Shown: positions 11,064 to 24,063 of the stretch, in pieces
Numbering within the stretch: the stretch's first letter is position 1
Layout of the letters: each line of letters starts with the position of its first letter
Source of the DNA: Eledone cirrhosa
Lineage: Eukaryota
NCBI GenBank assembly: GCA_964016885.1
Contig: OZ024763.1
Location: 13,764,001 to 13,828,000 of the forward strand
Length of the DNA stretch: 64,000 bases
Direction: 5' to 3'
The notes under the pieces: generated by a model
Told to the model about the DNA's origin: nothing
What the model saw: only the letters and a program-made list of their open reading frames with translations
Databases searched by the model: none
Translations under genes and position numbers: made by a program

Positions 11064-11380
11064 TAGTGAAAGAGTGAAGTATAACATGGCCAACAGTACA
11101 AAAAGGGTATTATTTACAGTATTGACAATTGTTTCATTGATTAAGTTGTCTAAAAATTGCTAATCACTTGAAGTTGTGTCACTCAATTTTACAACCGCTG
11201 TATATAATTTTAATCAGTTTTTCCGATGGTTTGATTAGGCATACATTGTATTTAAAATTGAGTGACACAACTTCAAGTGATTAGCAATTTTTAGACACCC
11301 TAATCAATGAAACAATTGTTAATACTGTAAATAAAACCCTTTTTGTACTGTTGACCATGTTATTCTTCACTCTTTCACTA
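11064..11380. repeat. Inverted repeat with ~125-bp arms (Penelope-like foldback)
   Basis: 11064-11191 is the near-perfect reverse complement of 11253-11380; carries a hammerhead-like 3' half GAAACAATTGT(C/T). Confidence 0.8.
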
Positions 11381-11446
11381 TATATATATATATATATATA
11401 AGAGAGTATTGAAGTTTGCTTGAAGTAATGTGGAATAATAAGGTAA

Positions 11447-11593
11447 ATATCTTTAAGTCGTTTGGAAGCCTCGACAATGCAAATGGGTAAATCTCCGGGT
11501 AACAAGATCCGGTGGTGGAGAGAGAGATGTAAGTGGGTGTACCCGGAGATTTACCCATTTGCATTGTCGAGGCTTCCAAACGACTTAAAGATA
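11447..11593. repeat. Perfect ~55-bp inverted repeat
   Basis: ATATCTTTAAGTCGTTTGGAAGCCTCGACAATGCAAATGGGTAAATCTCCGGGTA and its exact reverse complement about 37 nt downstream. Confidence 0.9.
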
Positions 11594-12037
11594 TATATTT
11601 AAGTTAACGAGGTATCGTTTAAGGCCATCCAATGTGCTTGCTAAACCAATGTGAACTTAAAACTTTGAAAGTAATTTTATTTTGTGAACATTTACCTGTA
11701 ATTTACCTGTAACATTACCTTTGAAGTCTTGCTGTCTTTTATCAGGATGCTTCTGTATTTTCAATGTTACTCGGAATAAACCCTAATGTATAGCCGATCC
11801 GTGTTATTCTTCACTCCTTTATTATATATATATATATACAGTCCTCCTATACGAGTGAGACATGGTCACCCGATCAATCTTGCCTCAAGTGGGACAATTC
11901 CCGTCTAACCCATGCTAGCATGGAAGATGGACGTTAAATGATGATGATGATGATATATATATATATATGTATATATATATAAAATAATTAAGTCAAATAT
12001 GTAAAATTTGGCTTCGTTTATTATAAATTATAGATAT

Positions 12038-12092
12038 ACTGCTATATATATTTCGGTGACAGCTATCATTTGCTGTGACCTCTTCAGGCAGT
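12038..12092 (-). ncRNA. Type I hammerhead ribozyme, intact core
   Basis: ACUGC-CUGAAGA-GGUCACAGC(AAAUGAUA)GCUGUCACC-GAAA-U(AUAU)AUA^GCAGU: stem I 5 bp, stem II 8/9 pairs, short palindromic stem III; mutated + copy at 12232-12286. Confidence 0.85.
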
Positions 12093-12496
12093 CCGAATTG
12101 GTGTGGTAGAGACAGGTACACATGTTGTTGAAGTGTGTTTTACTCCGTCAATACATCGATATGTCCAGCTCCTGTTGTGTTGTTATTTCCTTGTGGAACT
12201 GGAATCATATGATTCGGACATAACAATTCGGACTGGCTGAAGAGGTCAGAGCCAATGATAGCTGTCACTGAAATGTATATAGCAGTATATCTATAATTTA
12301 TAATAAACGAAGCCAAATTTTACATATTTGACTTAATTAATTTACATTACTCCGGAGTAAACAAACCAACCGTTGAGTGCTTCAGCCTGCATACTGAGGT
12401 GTCGGTAAACAAACAACATATACTCAAAATTTATATATATATATATATATATATACGATATTAAACAAATGGAAACTATATTTATAAAACCATATT

Positions 12497-12562
12497 TATT
12501 TCATTATACATATTTCGGGGATACCATATTAAAAATATGGCATGCCTTCTTCAGATAAAATA
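12497..12562 (-). ncRNA. Type I hammerhead ribozyme, antisense copy in left palindrome arm
   Basis: Reverse complement of 12806-12871. Confidence 0.75.
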
Positions 12563-12805
12563 CAATATATAAGCAGTTTTATAAATAATTTTGACGTACC
12601 ATAAATATTGATCAACTTTCATGTAAGAAGTTGGTTTGGTAGTGAGATGTTTATAAATATTGTAAATATTTTATAACTGATATAAACCAACTGATATAAA
12701 CCAACTGATATAAACCAACTGATATAAACCAAACCAACTTCTTACATGAAAGTTGATCAATATTTATGGTATGTCAAAATTATTTATAAAACTGCTTATA
12801 TATTG

Positions 12806-12871
12806 TATTTTATCTGAAGAAGGCATGCCATATTTTTAATATGGTATCCCCGAAATATGTATAATGAAATA
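12806..12871 (+). ncRNA. Type I hammerhead ribozyme, sense to host intron, copy 1
   Basis: UAUUUUAU-CUGAAGA-A-GGCAUGCCAUAUU(UUU)AAUAUGGUAUCCCC-GAAA-U(AUGU)AUA^AUGAAAUA; predicted cut after 12863. Confidence 0.78.
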
Positions 12872-13015
12872 AATATGGTTTTATAAATATAGTTTCCATT
12901 TGTTTAATATCGTATATATATATAAATAAATTTTGAGTATATGTTGTTTGTTTACCGACACCTCAGTATGCAGGCTATTATGGTCAAAATTATTTATAAA
13001 ACTGCTTATATATTG

Positions 13016-13081
13016 TATTTTATCTGAAGAAGGCATGCCATATTTTTAATATGATATCCCCGAAATATGTATAATGAAATA
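13016..13081 (+). ncRNA. Type I hammerhead ribozyme, sense to host intron, copy 2
   Basis: Direct repeat of copy 1, 210 nt downstream, one G>A change in stem II; predicted cut after 13073. Confidence 0.75.
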
Positions 13082-13258
13082 AATATGGTTTTATAAATAT
13101 AGTTTCCATTTGTTTAATATCGTATATCTACTCCAAAACTTGTTGAGTGCTTTATATCAGTTATAAAATATTTACTCGTTGTAACCCAACAATTTTAAAT
13201 AAAACTTTTGCATATATATATATATATATATATATTTTTATTTTTTTATTTTATTTAG

Positions 13259-13483
13259 GACAAGGATTCTACGGTTGTGAAGTTGTTTGTTGACAATGAT
13301 CAGAAGCCAATTCGGACAACCAAGATTCGACTCCAGGACACCCGGAGTGAACGAGTTCCTCTCAACAGCTACGCCGACATGCCAACACAACTACAGGTGT
13401 TTACGTCAGTAGCCCTTAACGACGTAGAAGAAGAAGAACCAGAATTTGAAGAACGACCAAACGGTTACCTTGGTCTCATGTAG
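13259..13483 (+). CDS. Terminal coding exon: cytoplasmic tail of the membrane protein
   Basis: T-rich tract + TTTAG acceptor; phase 0 matches the 6170 donor; DKDSTVVKLFVDNDQKPIRTTKIRLQDTRSERVPLNSYADMPTQLQVFTSVALNDVEEEEPEFEERPNGYLGLM*. Confidence 0.85.
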   Translation, partial: DKDSTVVKLFVDNDQKPIRTTKIRLQDTRSERVPLNSYADMPTQLQVFTSVALNDVEEEEPEFEERPNGYLGLM

Positions 13484-15325
13484 AACTGAACATTGGTCAA
13501 ACGGCTAATTTTGGCCTCTTGTAATTGTAACGCTGACCAACAACACTAACACCACCACCACCACCACTACCACCGCCGCCACCACCAATTTTCATCCTTC
13601 CGTGGGTGTCGATAAAATAAAGTACCAGTAACATTCTGGGGTCAATTTAATTGACTTACTCCTCCCTCAAATTAGAAGCAATGATTAACACAACCCTTGT
13701 CTTCCGAATTTACTCACAGATCTCAGATTAAAGTGAATAATGATAATAATGACTCCCCCCTCCTCCTCCCCTCATATTGTTGGCTCTTTTGTAGCGCCAT
13801 CTATTTTTTAAAGTTGTCCAGGAAGATAACTAACAAAGGTAGATAACTCAGAAATGTTTCTTTCTCTTGCCACCAACCAGTAATGTATTAAATATGACAC
13901 AAATGACACAAACAATACTGTCAAGACTCTCATCTTGCTAAACCAATGTGAACTTAAAACTTTGAAAGTAGTTTTATTTTGTGAAAATTTACCTGTAATT
14001 TACCTGTAACATTACCTTTGAAGTTTGCTGGCCTTTATCAAAATGCTTCTATATTTTCAATGTTAATCTCTTAACTACCAACAGCAATTATACATATTTA
14101 ATGTATTGACTCCTCTATTACCATACTTCTATTGGAAGATGCTGTTTTTGGTTTTCATATCATTTTGGAAATAATGAAGAATTTGGAGGTATTTAATAAT
14201 ATAACTTTCTCATTATTAAATCTGGTGTTTGGAACATAACTTAAGAAAGGTTCTTGCATAAAATAATGATGGGAGGTGTTTTAGATAAATATAAACATTT
14301 TATCCCATTCATTGCCGTATTTCATATGAAATACACTGTCTATGTTTGGAACAAAACTTAACAAAGGTTCTTACATAAAATTTTGATGGAAGGTGTTTGA
14401 ACCCTTTCATTGCCGTATTTCATATGAAATACACTGTCTCTGTCTGGAGCATAACTTAACAAAGGTTCTGACATAAAATATGGATTTTTAGGTAAATATA
14501 AACACTTTAAAACAAACAGTTTTGTATTGTAAAACCAGTGGCGGTGGTTTTAGGTGGTTTGGTACCCAAAGGGTTTGTTTCAACCCTAAATATATGAACA
14601 CTTATTTTTTTAACATGGTGAAAGGACAGCTTTTTGAAACTCAACTAGAATCATCACGAATGAGTTTTGTTTTGTAAGGTGTGATTAAAGAAACAAAACA
14701 TGATGAGAGAAAGTCCGTTAAGGTTTAATTGTGACGAGGTTGAGGTAGTACCGAACGATATCATGAATTTTGAACGATTTTTTTTTTTTGCAAGATGTGT
14801 ATAAAACAGGAGAAAGATTATACAGAAGTATAAATGTATATATATATATGTATGGAAGTGTGAATATATCTATGGAAGTGTATGTATATATGTATGGAAA
14901 TGTGTATGTTTGAGTGCATGTGTGAGTATATATCTATGGGAGTGCATGTGTGTATAAAAGTATCTATATATGTGTGTGTATATGTATGTATATATCGATG
15001 TATGTATATTTTTGGAGAAGTTTGAGCTATGGAAAGAAATTAAAATGAAAAAAAAATGAAATATTGGATAGGGCAACACACAATATATATATATGTACAT
15101 ATATATATATACATATATATATTATATATATATATGGGAAAATGTTTAACCCCGACGGCAGAGCTCAAGCCGTTTTGACGGCTATTTCAGTCCAGAAATA
15201 GCCGTCGAAACTGCTTGAGCTCTGCCGTCGGGGTTAAACATTTTCCCATTACCCACTCTACTACCCTGAGTATTGAGTACTCTGGTGCATTATGGTCCAT
15301 CTGGTTCCTTACCAGACTTCCTTTG

Positions 15326-15405
<80 letters not shown>

Positions 15406-15931
15406 ATCCATCTATAAGATGGGCACACAAATCTAAACTGCCACTCAAATATTTTTCAAATGAAATTTTTTTTTCTTTCTATGAGTGAAATATTTGGAAG
15501 TAATTTGTAAAAAGTAAATGGTTATAAATATATGATGATGATGAAGATGATGATGCTATAACTACCAAAAAGTTGTGCTGCATTATTCCATGTACATATG
15601 TGTGTGTGTATATATATATGTATACATACATATATGTGTATACATACATGTATGTGTATATGCATATATACGTGTATGTATATGTACATATATATATATA
15701 TATACACACACACATTTTCTTTATAAATATCTCTGTTCATTGTCTGTGTAAAGATGAATATATTTGTCAAATGCATTTTTTTTTAATGGTTTGTAAAGTG
15801 AGTTTGAGGAAATTGGGAGATACATACACACACACACACATCCATGCACATATACATACATATAAACTCACAAACAACATATATACACATACATACACAT
15901 ATATATGCACATGTATACATACACATGTGTT

Positions 15932-15963
<32 letters not shown>

Positions 15964-16789
15964 TATGAAAAAATTCAGGACCCTGGCAGCTGAGCTCCTG
16001 ACGTTGATCTAGCTGTTGAAACAGCAGGAGCTCAGCCATCGGGGTCCTGAATTTTTTCATATTACCCACTCTACTACCCCAAATATTGAGTACTCTGGTG
16101 AGTTAGGGTCTAACTGGTTTTTACCACCACCATTCTGATATATATATATATATACACACTTTATAAACAACAATCAAAGAGTGTTTAAAAATACTAACGG
16201 TCGTTTCATCCAAGCACAAGGCCGGATTCATCAGAGTACAAATAAAAGTTTGAAACAGATAAATTTGTCAAAAAACATTCTGGGGATACCACATATGGGA
16301 AGAAAGCATAAATAATAGATATTTACAAGATATAAGAGAGGAAAGCAAGAAGCATATATATATATATACACATACTCATACACACACACATATATATACA
16401 AACATATGTATACATACACATATACAACACATATCTGTCCAATATTTTCCCTGTAGTTCTGTTTTTCCCATGTTGTGCTGTCTTGGGTCACTGGCGTGGA
16501 CTAAACTCCCGTAAACCAAACATTCTTTCCTTTTGTCAGACACCATAGCCACTATCACCACCACCACCATCACCATCACCACAACTCCCATACCCACCAT
16601 CGCCACCATTTTCATTGCTTTCTTTTCTTTTTGTTGTATTGTCTTTGGTCCCTGGCGTGGATTAAAACCCCGTAAACCGATTTCTGTTTCCTTCCTAGTA
16701 TGTATACATATATACACACAGCATTCCTATACATATATATACACACACACATTAATATATATATATGTATATGTACACACACAACATCA

Positions 16790-16830
16790 TATATATACAT
16801 TTACACACATTCATATATATGTACTCATAC

Positions 16831-16901
<71 letters not shown>

Positions 16902-17000
16902 CACACACACATTCATATATATGTACTCATCCAAAATTATATATATATATATATATAAATACACACACACACACACACATTCATATATATGTACTCATCC

Positions 17001-17080
<80 letters not shown>

Positions 17081-17116
17081 ACACACACACACACATTCAT
17101 ATATATGTACTCATCC

Positions 17117-17178
<62 letters not shown>

Positions 17179-17245
17179 ACACACACACACACATTCATAT
17201 ATATGTACTCATCCAAAATTATATATATATATATATACACACATT
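16790..17245. repeat. Compound VNTR: CACACATTCATATATATGTACTCATCCAAAATTA + variable (TA)n, 5 copies
   Basis: Constant ~34-nt core recurring near 16805, 16905, 16975, 17090 and 17190. Confidence 0.9.
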
Positions 17246-17832
17246 TTTTTAAATATTCATCTAGGTAGGTCCTCCTCCATTCACACAGATTCTCCATCAA
17301 CAGAAGACCAAATATTTTAGAACCATCTCTCAGAATCCTCACACATCACTAAAACTATCTGATGTACATTTTGTAAAAAAAAAAAAGAACAGAACAAATA
17401 GTCCCAAAAAATATAACGAAAATGTTTTTTTTTTGTTTTTTTTTTTACATTTTTCATGTAATAATTTTTCTATCATTTTTGTTCTCATGCTGTCACTAGA
17501 GATAGATCCTGTGTGGGAGAAGTGAAAGATTCTAGGCCCTGTAACATGGACATTTGTCTCAGTATATATATATATATATTTACTTATATATCTCTAATGG
17601 CTGAGCTCTTCAACTAGCTGATGAAGCAGCAGGAGTTCAGCCCTTTGGGGGTCCTGAATCCTTGATTCATTTACACACACACACACATACACACACACAT
17701 ATATATACTGAGACAAATATATAGGCCCTGTAATATGTATATCTTTTTCTGCATCTATCCTATCTGAAGTGTCAGCCCCATCATTGATTTAGTTGAACTG
17801 TTTTGAGGTCTGGAGTCTGCTGAAAACACACA

Positions 17833-17885
<53 letters not shown>

Positions 17886-18399
17886 ACATGTATATATATA
17901 TATATATATATATATAACATGTCTATATGTATATAACATGTCTATATATGTATATAACATGTCTATATATATATATATGTATATAACATGTCTATATATA
18001 TATGTATATAACGTATATATATATATATATATACATATATATGCATTATTAATCATCAACAACATGTTTATCAACACCAGACTGAAGAACGTTCCCATTA
18101 ATGTCTAGTTTTGTTTTTTTAATTCTGTAATGTGTTCTAAATAAGACACATTTTTGATGTATAAATCAACTAAAAATAATAAAATTTGTGTAAACATATT
18201 CCCTGTCTTGTTTTAATTAAATCATTAATTAATCATTGTTAATATTCTTGATATTCTATTTATTGTTCACTCTATAAAAATTTTAAGGATCCAAAGTTTT
18301 AAATTCTGGGATTGAAAGTTCGAATTTTAACACTTCAAAATCATATTTGACAATCAAACTCTCGGCCACAGTATTAGAGGTCATTCAACAACCAATCAA

Positions 18400-19335
18400 C
18401 CAACCTGTCTCTCATCAATCAGTCGCTTACCAACTGCCCAACCAGTCACTCACCAACCAGTCTCTCACTAACTTTAGAGCCAGCCAGTCACACTCACCAA
18501 CCAGATAACCAACCAACCAGCCAGTGATTCACCAACCAGCCAGCCAGCCACTCACCAACTGCCTAACCAGCCAACCAACCTCTCACCAACTGCCTAACCA
18601 ACTAACCAGTCTCTCACCAACCGCCTAACCAACTAACCAGTCTCTCACCAACTGCCTAACCAGCCAGCCAGTCTCTCACCAACCGCCTAACCAACCAACC
18701 AGCCTCTCACCAACTGCCTAACCAGCTAACCAGTCTCTCACCAACCGCCTAACCAGCCAACCAGTCTCTCACCAACTGCCTAACCAGCCAGCCAGTCTCT
18801 CACCAACCATCTAACCAGCCAACCAGCCTCTCACCAACTGCCTAACCAGCCAACCAGCCTCTCACCAACCGCCTAACCAACCAACCAGCCTCTCACCAAC
18901 TTCCTAACCAGTCAACCAGTCTCTCACCAACTGCCTAACCAACCAACCAGCCTCTCACCAACCGCCTAACCAACCAACCAGCCTCTCACCAACCGCCTAA
19001 CCAGCCAACCAACCTCTCACCAACCAACCAACCAACCAACCAACCAACCAACCAACCAACCAACCTCTCACCAACTGCCTAACCAACCAACCAGTCTCTC
19101 ACCAACCGCCTAACCAACCAACCAACCTCTCACCAACCAACCAACCAACCAACCACTCACCAACCAACCAACCAACCAGCCTCTCACCAACCGCCTAACC
19201 AACCAACCAGTCTCTCACCAACCGCCTAACCAACCAACCAACCTCTCACCAATCAACCAACCAACCAACCACTCACCAACCAACCTCTCACCGCCCAACC
19301 AACCAACCAGTCTCTCACCAACCGTACAACCAGCC
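18400..19335. repeat. (CCAA)-derived ~28-bp minisatellite
   Basis: CTCTCACCAAC(C/T)GCCTAACCA(A/G)CCAACCAG reiterated. Confidence 0.92.
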
Positions 19336-20409
19336 AACCTTCCAGTTTACGAAACGTTCAATCTGGCAGCCAGTTTACGAAACGTTCAATCTGGCAGCCA
19401 GTACTACGTCCAGTCAACAGTTCTGCTAACAGATCAATAGATCAACCATTCAAGCAGTACGGTACACCAGCCGTCCTCCGAAAAGTCTATCTTGGGCTAG
19501 AAATAGCAGCTAAAAACACACAACCTGTTATCTATTAAAATGCTGGAATTGGCAGCCAAATCACCCTACAATAAGGGCCTCTTCTACTGTAGAATGCTAG
19601 AAATAGCAGCCAAAAATCACTCAAACAACAGAGAAGAGACATTGTATATATCTAAATTCTGTTTTCCAGAAAATATCTGGAACAAAATCAATGATAATCG
19701 ATTTATGACAATGGATACATTTAAATGTTACAGACACGCACATATATATATATATATATATATGTTAGGTAATTCCGAAGGAAAAGGAAAGGAAAAAAGA
19801 GTGCTCTATGTATAGAACAGAGCTATTTAATTAGAAAGTGAACAACACAAAATATAACTTGTTATAACATCTCTGTCTGACGACCGATCCAGACGTATAT
19901 TATTATTGTCTGGGTTCCTTTGGTAATGGAGTAGTTATATTTTGTGTTGTTCACTTTCTATATATATCATCATCACCATCATCATCATCATCATTTTACG
20001 TCCGCTTTTTCCCTGCTTGCAAGGGTGGGACGGGAACTGATTCTGGCTTGATTTCTACAGCTGGATGCCCTTCCTAACACCAACCTCATTTACAGTGAGT
20101 GCTGGGTGCTTTTTTGCCGTGGCACCTCCACGACCACTTTGCAGTGGAATGATAGGGGCCCCAGTCCCTATCATCTCATTTCTACAGCTGAGTAAACTGG
20201 AGCAATGTGAAATAAAGTGTCTTGCTCAAGGAAACAACACATCACTCGGTCTGAGGAGAGTTGAACTCACAACCTTTCGATTGCAAGCCCAATGTTCTAA
20301 CCACTAAGATGTGCCTCCTATATATATATAATTAAGACACTGGTGTTTTGAAAACAATGTTAGATATTGTGGTTATATTAAAGAGGTAAAGTTTTTAGTT
20401 GTGTATGGC

Positions 20410-21340
20410 TGTATTTTCATTTCTTTATTTCATGGAAGCTTTGCCGCCTACAGCACCATTTATCCAAACACAAATACTCGGGCATTTGTATAGAGACACC
20501 AGGGCAGCAAGAAGCTGACCATCAATCCAATACATCTGAAAAACTTTCCACAGCAGATCCCGAAGAATCTGGTCAAAACCCTTCTCAAGGTCCACAAAAC
20601 AACAATATACTTCTTGGAAATATTCCCATGATTTCTCGTAGTGTGAATATTTGGTGAGCTGTGCTGCATCTGGTGCGAAAACAGCACTGTTTATCATTTA
20701 GCTTCGACTCAACAATCTCTTTGCCATAGACTTTACCAGGGAGGCTTAACAAGGAGATCCCTCTGTAATTGGAACAATCTCTCTTGACTCCATTTTTGAA
20801 AATTGGGTTTATCACCTCCAATTGCCATTGCTTAGGTGCCTTTCCAGAGATCCAGTCTATTTAAGGCTTTTAACATCTCAGGCCGGATTTCATCTTCCAC
20901 AGCTGCTTTACCACATTTGAGCTCTGTCACTGTTCTTGTGACCTCAACTTCTGAGAGATTAGTCACTGCTCCCAGATGCCCTTCATGTACAGCTAAAGAT
21001 GCTGTTGTGATCGGGTTTAGGAGATCAGCAAAGTATTCCCTCCACCTTGCGAGGATTTACCTCTCAGAAGAGAGAAGAACCCCAGACGCATTCTTGATAG
21101 CAGGTGTGGAGGAGGGCTTCTTATTACACAAAGTCAGCAGATGGTCTGCCAGAATACTTTATTTGCTGATCTTAAGTCGGATTCCAGTTTAACCCCAAAG
21201 TCCTTCCATGTCTTAACTTTGAACGCTTTAACTGTCTCTGGTGCGATTTTTCATGCCTGCTTGTACCGCAAGTGCAAGAAGGAGGACTTATTTCCAAGCC
21301 AAGCTTTGTGACCCTCCTTCTGGATGGCATTATTGAGCTC
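20410..21340 (-). mobile_element. Decayed RTE (BovB/Expander-like) RT fragment
   Basis: Frameshifted NYRGISLLSLPGKVY, FVDLEKGFD, DEIRPEMLKAL motifs. Confidence 0.85.
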
Positions 21341-22353
21341 TTGCCATTCTGAGTTACGGCCCTTGCCATTCTGAGTTCAAATCCCGCCGAGGTTAACTTT
21401 GCCTTTCATCCTTATGGGGTCGATAAAATAAAGTACCAGTAATGTACTGGATAATTGCTGGCCTTGTGCCAAAAGTAGAAACAATTATTGAGCTCTTGAT
21501 TATAGGACGGTGAATTGGCAGTGTCGATAGAGGGTCGGACGCCATGCTTTCCAGCATAGTTACGTCCCTTTACGGTCTCAGTTCAAATCCCGTCGAGGTT
21601 AAGTTTGCCTTTCATCCTTACCGGGTCGATAAAATAAAGTACCAGTAATGCACTGGGTAATTGCTGGCCTTGTGCCAAAAGTAGAAACAATTATTGACCT
21701 CTTGATTGAACCAAGGAGTTTTCCTTGTGCCTATGGCAAGCAGTGAAATTGTGCCCCTACCCAGCACTGTATGTTTACCTATGGGCCTTATAATTTATAT
21801 AAATGGTTTAATGACCCAGCCACCATAGTGTTCTCACCCATGATAGAGACAGATCATACATCTGGGGGAGTTTCTTTTTTCACTCTCCGACGAGGCTTAT
21901 TTGACTTTAATAGAACGTGCTCCTCGTCCAAGTGGCACGCCCTTCATGTGGCGCCCTCATGGTACGTGCCATGCTTGGCATACCCTAGTTATAACCCTGC
22001 CTACAGATATACTGTCTCTTACCTCTACCTCTCTTTTATCTCTACTACAGTGGCCTCTGCTCCTCGGCGCTTGATGCTCTCATGTCATCTCAATTGAGCC
22101 CTGTACACAATAATTTCATTATTATTATTATAAAGACATTATTATTATTATAAAGAGTTCAAATCCCGCCGAGGTTAACTTTGCCTTTCATCCTTACGGG
22201 GTCGATAAAATAAAGTACCAGTAATATACTGGCATAATTGCTGGCCTTGTGCCAAAAGTAGAAACAATTATTATTATAAAGACACTCCTCTATTCAACCT
22301 CCAGTCTCTCTATTCCAGAAGGTTTGCTCCAAGGAACTCTAGGTTCGTCTTAC

Positions 22354-22482
22354 CAAAAAATATTAGCAGTATCGATATCTCCGGCCTCGAAATACTTAGC
22401 AAACACACATTAAGATAAAAATAAAATCAATCAGTCGGTCGCAGAAATTCCCATAAAATTGACGTTAGATTTATACCCCAAC
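22354..22482 (-). other. Candidate non-coding exon
   Basis: TTATTTTACCAG acceptor and TTG|GTAAGA donor; stops in all frames. Confidence 0.35.
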
Positions 22483-22698
22483 CTGGTAAAATAATGGTTT
22501 CTGATTTAGGCACAAGGCTAGCGATTTTGAAGGAGGAGAAAGTCGATTAAATCTACCCCAGTACGTGACTAGTTCTTTATTTTATCGACTCTGTAAGGAT
22601 AAAATGCAAAGCTAACTTCGGCGGGATTTGAACTCAGAACGTAAAGAGGTACGTTTTAAAATAATGACGGGCGCATTCAACGATGTAGTCTTAGTTAC

Positions 22699-22780
22699 TC
22701 GTATAAAAGCAGGATTGTCACGGTTGGAATCCCATTGATTAAACATATGTAGAATCATCTTCTTTTGCTCCAGGTCCTAC
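22699..22780 (-). other. Candidate non-coding exon
   Basis: Strong acceptor CTTACTTTTATCCACAG, donor CGA|GTAACT. Confidence 0.35.
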
Positions 22781-22944
22781 CTGTGGATAAAAGTAAGCAA
22801 CAACAGGTCACTATGTTTTCATTCCATTTGTTAGAAATAGCATCCAAATTTCCCTCGAATTACGAAGGTGAATTAGCTGTGACACATGTAAAGGTAATCT
22901 TTAGAATTTTATCTGTATAGGAAGAGATTAATAGGATATTTTCA

Positions 22945-23187
22945 CCTTTGATTAAACTGTATGGTCATATCAAAAGATCAACTCGTGGTGTAAGTAAGTT
23001 ATGCCTAGAAGTAAAGTTGGCCGGTAAGAGAAGCAGAGGTCGGCAACCAAAACGATGGCTTGATAATGTCAACTTATGGACTGGACACGACCTTTGCTCT
23101 TTAAACTCTGCTGTTGGTGATCGAACTTTGTGGAGAAAAATATCTCATGTTGATGCGCTGTCCGCAACTGCCAGAGTTAGCGTCTAG
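22945..23187 (+). mobile_element. RTE 3' fragment
   Basis: LYGHIKR...GKRSRGRQPKRWLDNV...DRTLWR. Confidence 0.8.
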
Positions 23188-23334
23188 AGAGATATACAAA
23201 TCTATGTTGATCAGGTGTGACCGGTGATAAAAATAAACGTGTGTGTGTATTACGTATATATAATTACTGTCTGTAGTAGATAATTTGATATCGATTTCAT
23301 CATACCTCCTGAACTCTGAAGAAAACGGAGAGAG

Positions 23335-23824
23335 TGAGGTTAGATGAAGAAGGGTTTCTCCCTGCGTACGAAAGGCCGGTTGTATGAGGAGCGCAATGCT
23401 GCATGGTAGTGAGACATGGGCAGCAACTGCAGAGGATATGCGACGGCTGGAGAGAAATGAGGCAAGCATGCTCCGTTGGGTGTGCAATGTAAATGTGCCT
23501 GAACGGCCCAGCATGAATGTGCTGAGAGAGAAACTGTGTCTGAGAGGGATAGAATGTAGTGTGCAGGAGAGGAGACTGAGGTGGTATGGACATGTGATGT
23601 GCATGGAGGATTACCGATGGGTTAAGAAGTGCCAGGAAATGCCAGTTGAAGGAAGACGTGGTAGAGTTAGACCACGAAAAACATGGGCGGAGGTGGTGAG
23701 AACAGACCTCAGATAGTTGAAGCTGAAGATGACGAAGGACCGTGATGAGTGGAGAGATGCTGTGCTGAATAAGACCCGTCCCACCCTTGCGAGCAGGGAA
23801 GAGCGGACGTAAAATGATGATGAC
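23335..23824 (+). mobile_element. 5'-truncated RTE, second subfamily (another copy at 43595-44056)
   Basis: MLHGSETW...RRLRWYGHV...RPRKTW; ends CCGTCCCACCCTTGC.AGCAGGGAA..CGGACGTAAAATGATGATGA. Confidence 0.9.
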
Positions 23825-24063
23825 GGTTTGCAAATTTTTTATTTATTTCCCAAAACAGATTAGTTACCATCTTGAAGTATATTCACTTACATGTTAAATA
23901 TTCTGTATATATGTACAAAATACTAGTGGTTTCTAAATTAATATATATATAGAAATGGAATGATAGTGAAGTAACACGGAATATATTTTAAGGCGTGTTA
24001 TCTCGCTTCCTTCCTGTTTCTCTGTATATATTTTTTTAAGTAAATAAAGTAAGACTAATTTAC

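Noticed and set aside
14870-18100. YIYIYI / CVCVCV ORFs
   Set aside because: Translations of (TA)n and (CA)n microsatellites
22774-22792. 19-nt plus-strand micro-exon (CAG|GTCCTACCTGTGGATAAAA|GTAAGC)
   Set aside because: No partner exons on +; overlaps an equally good minus-strand acceptor
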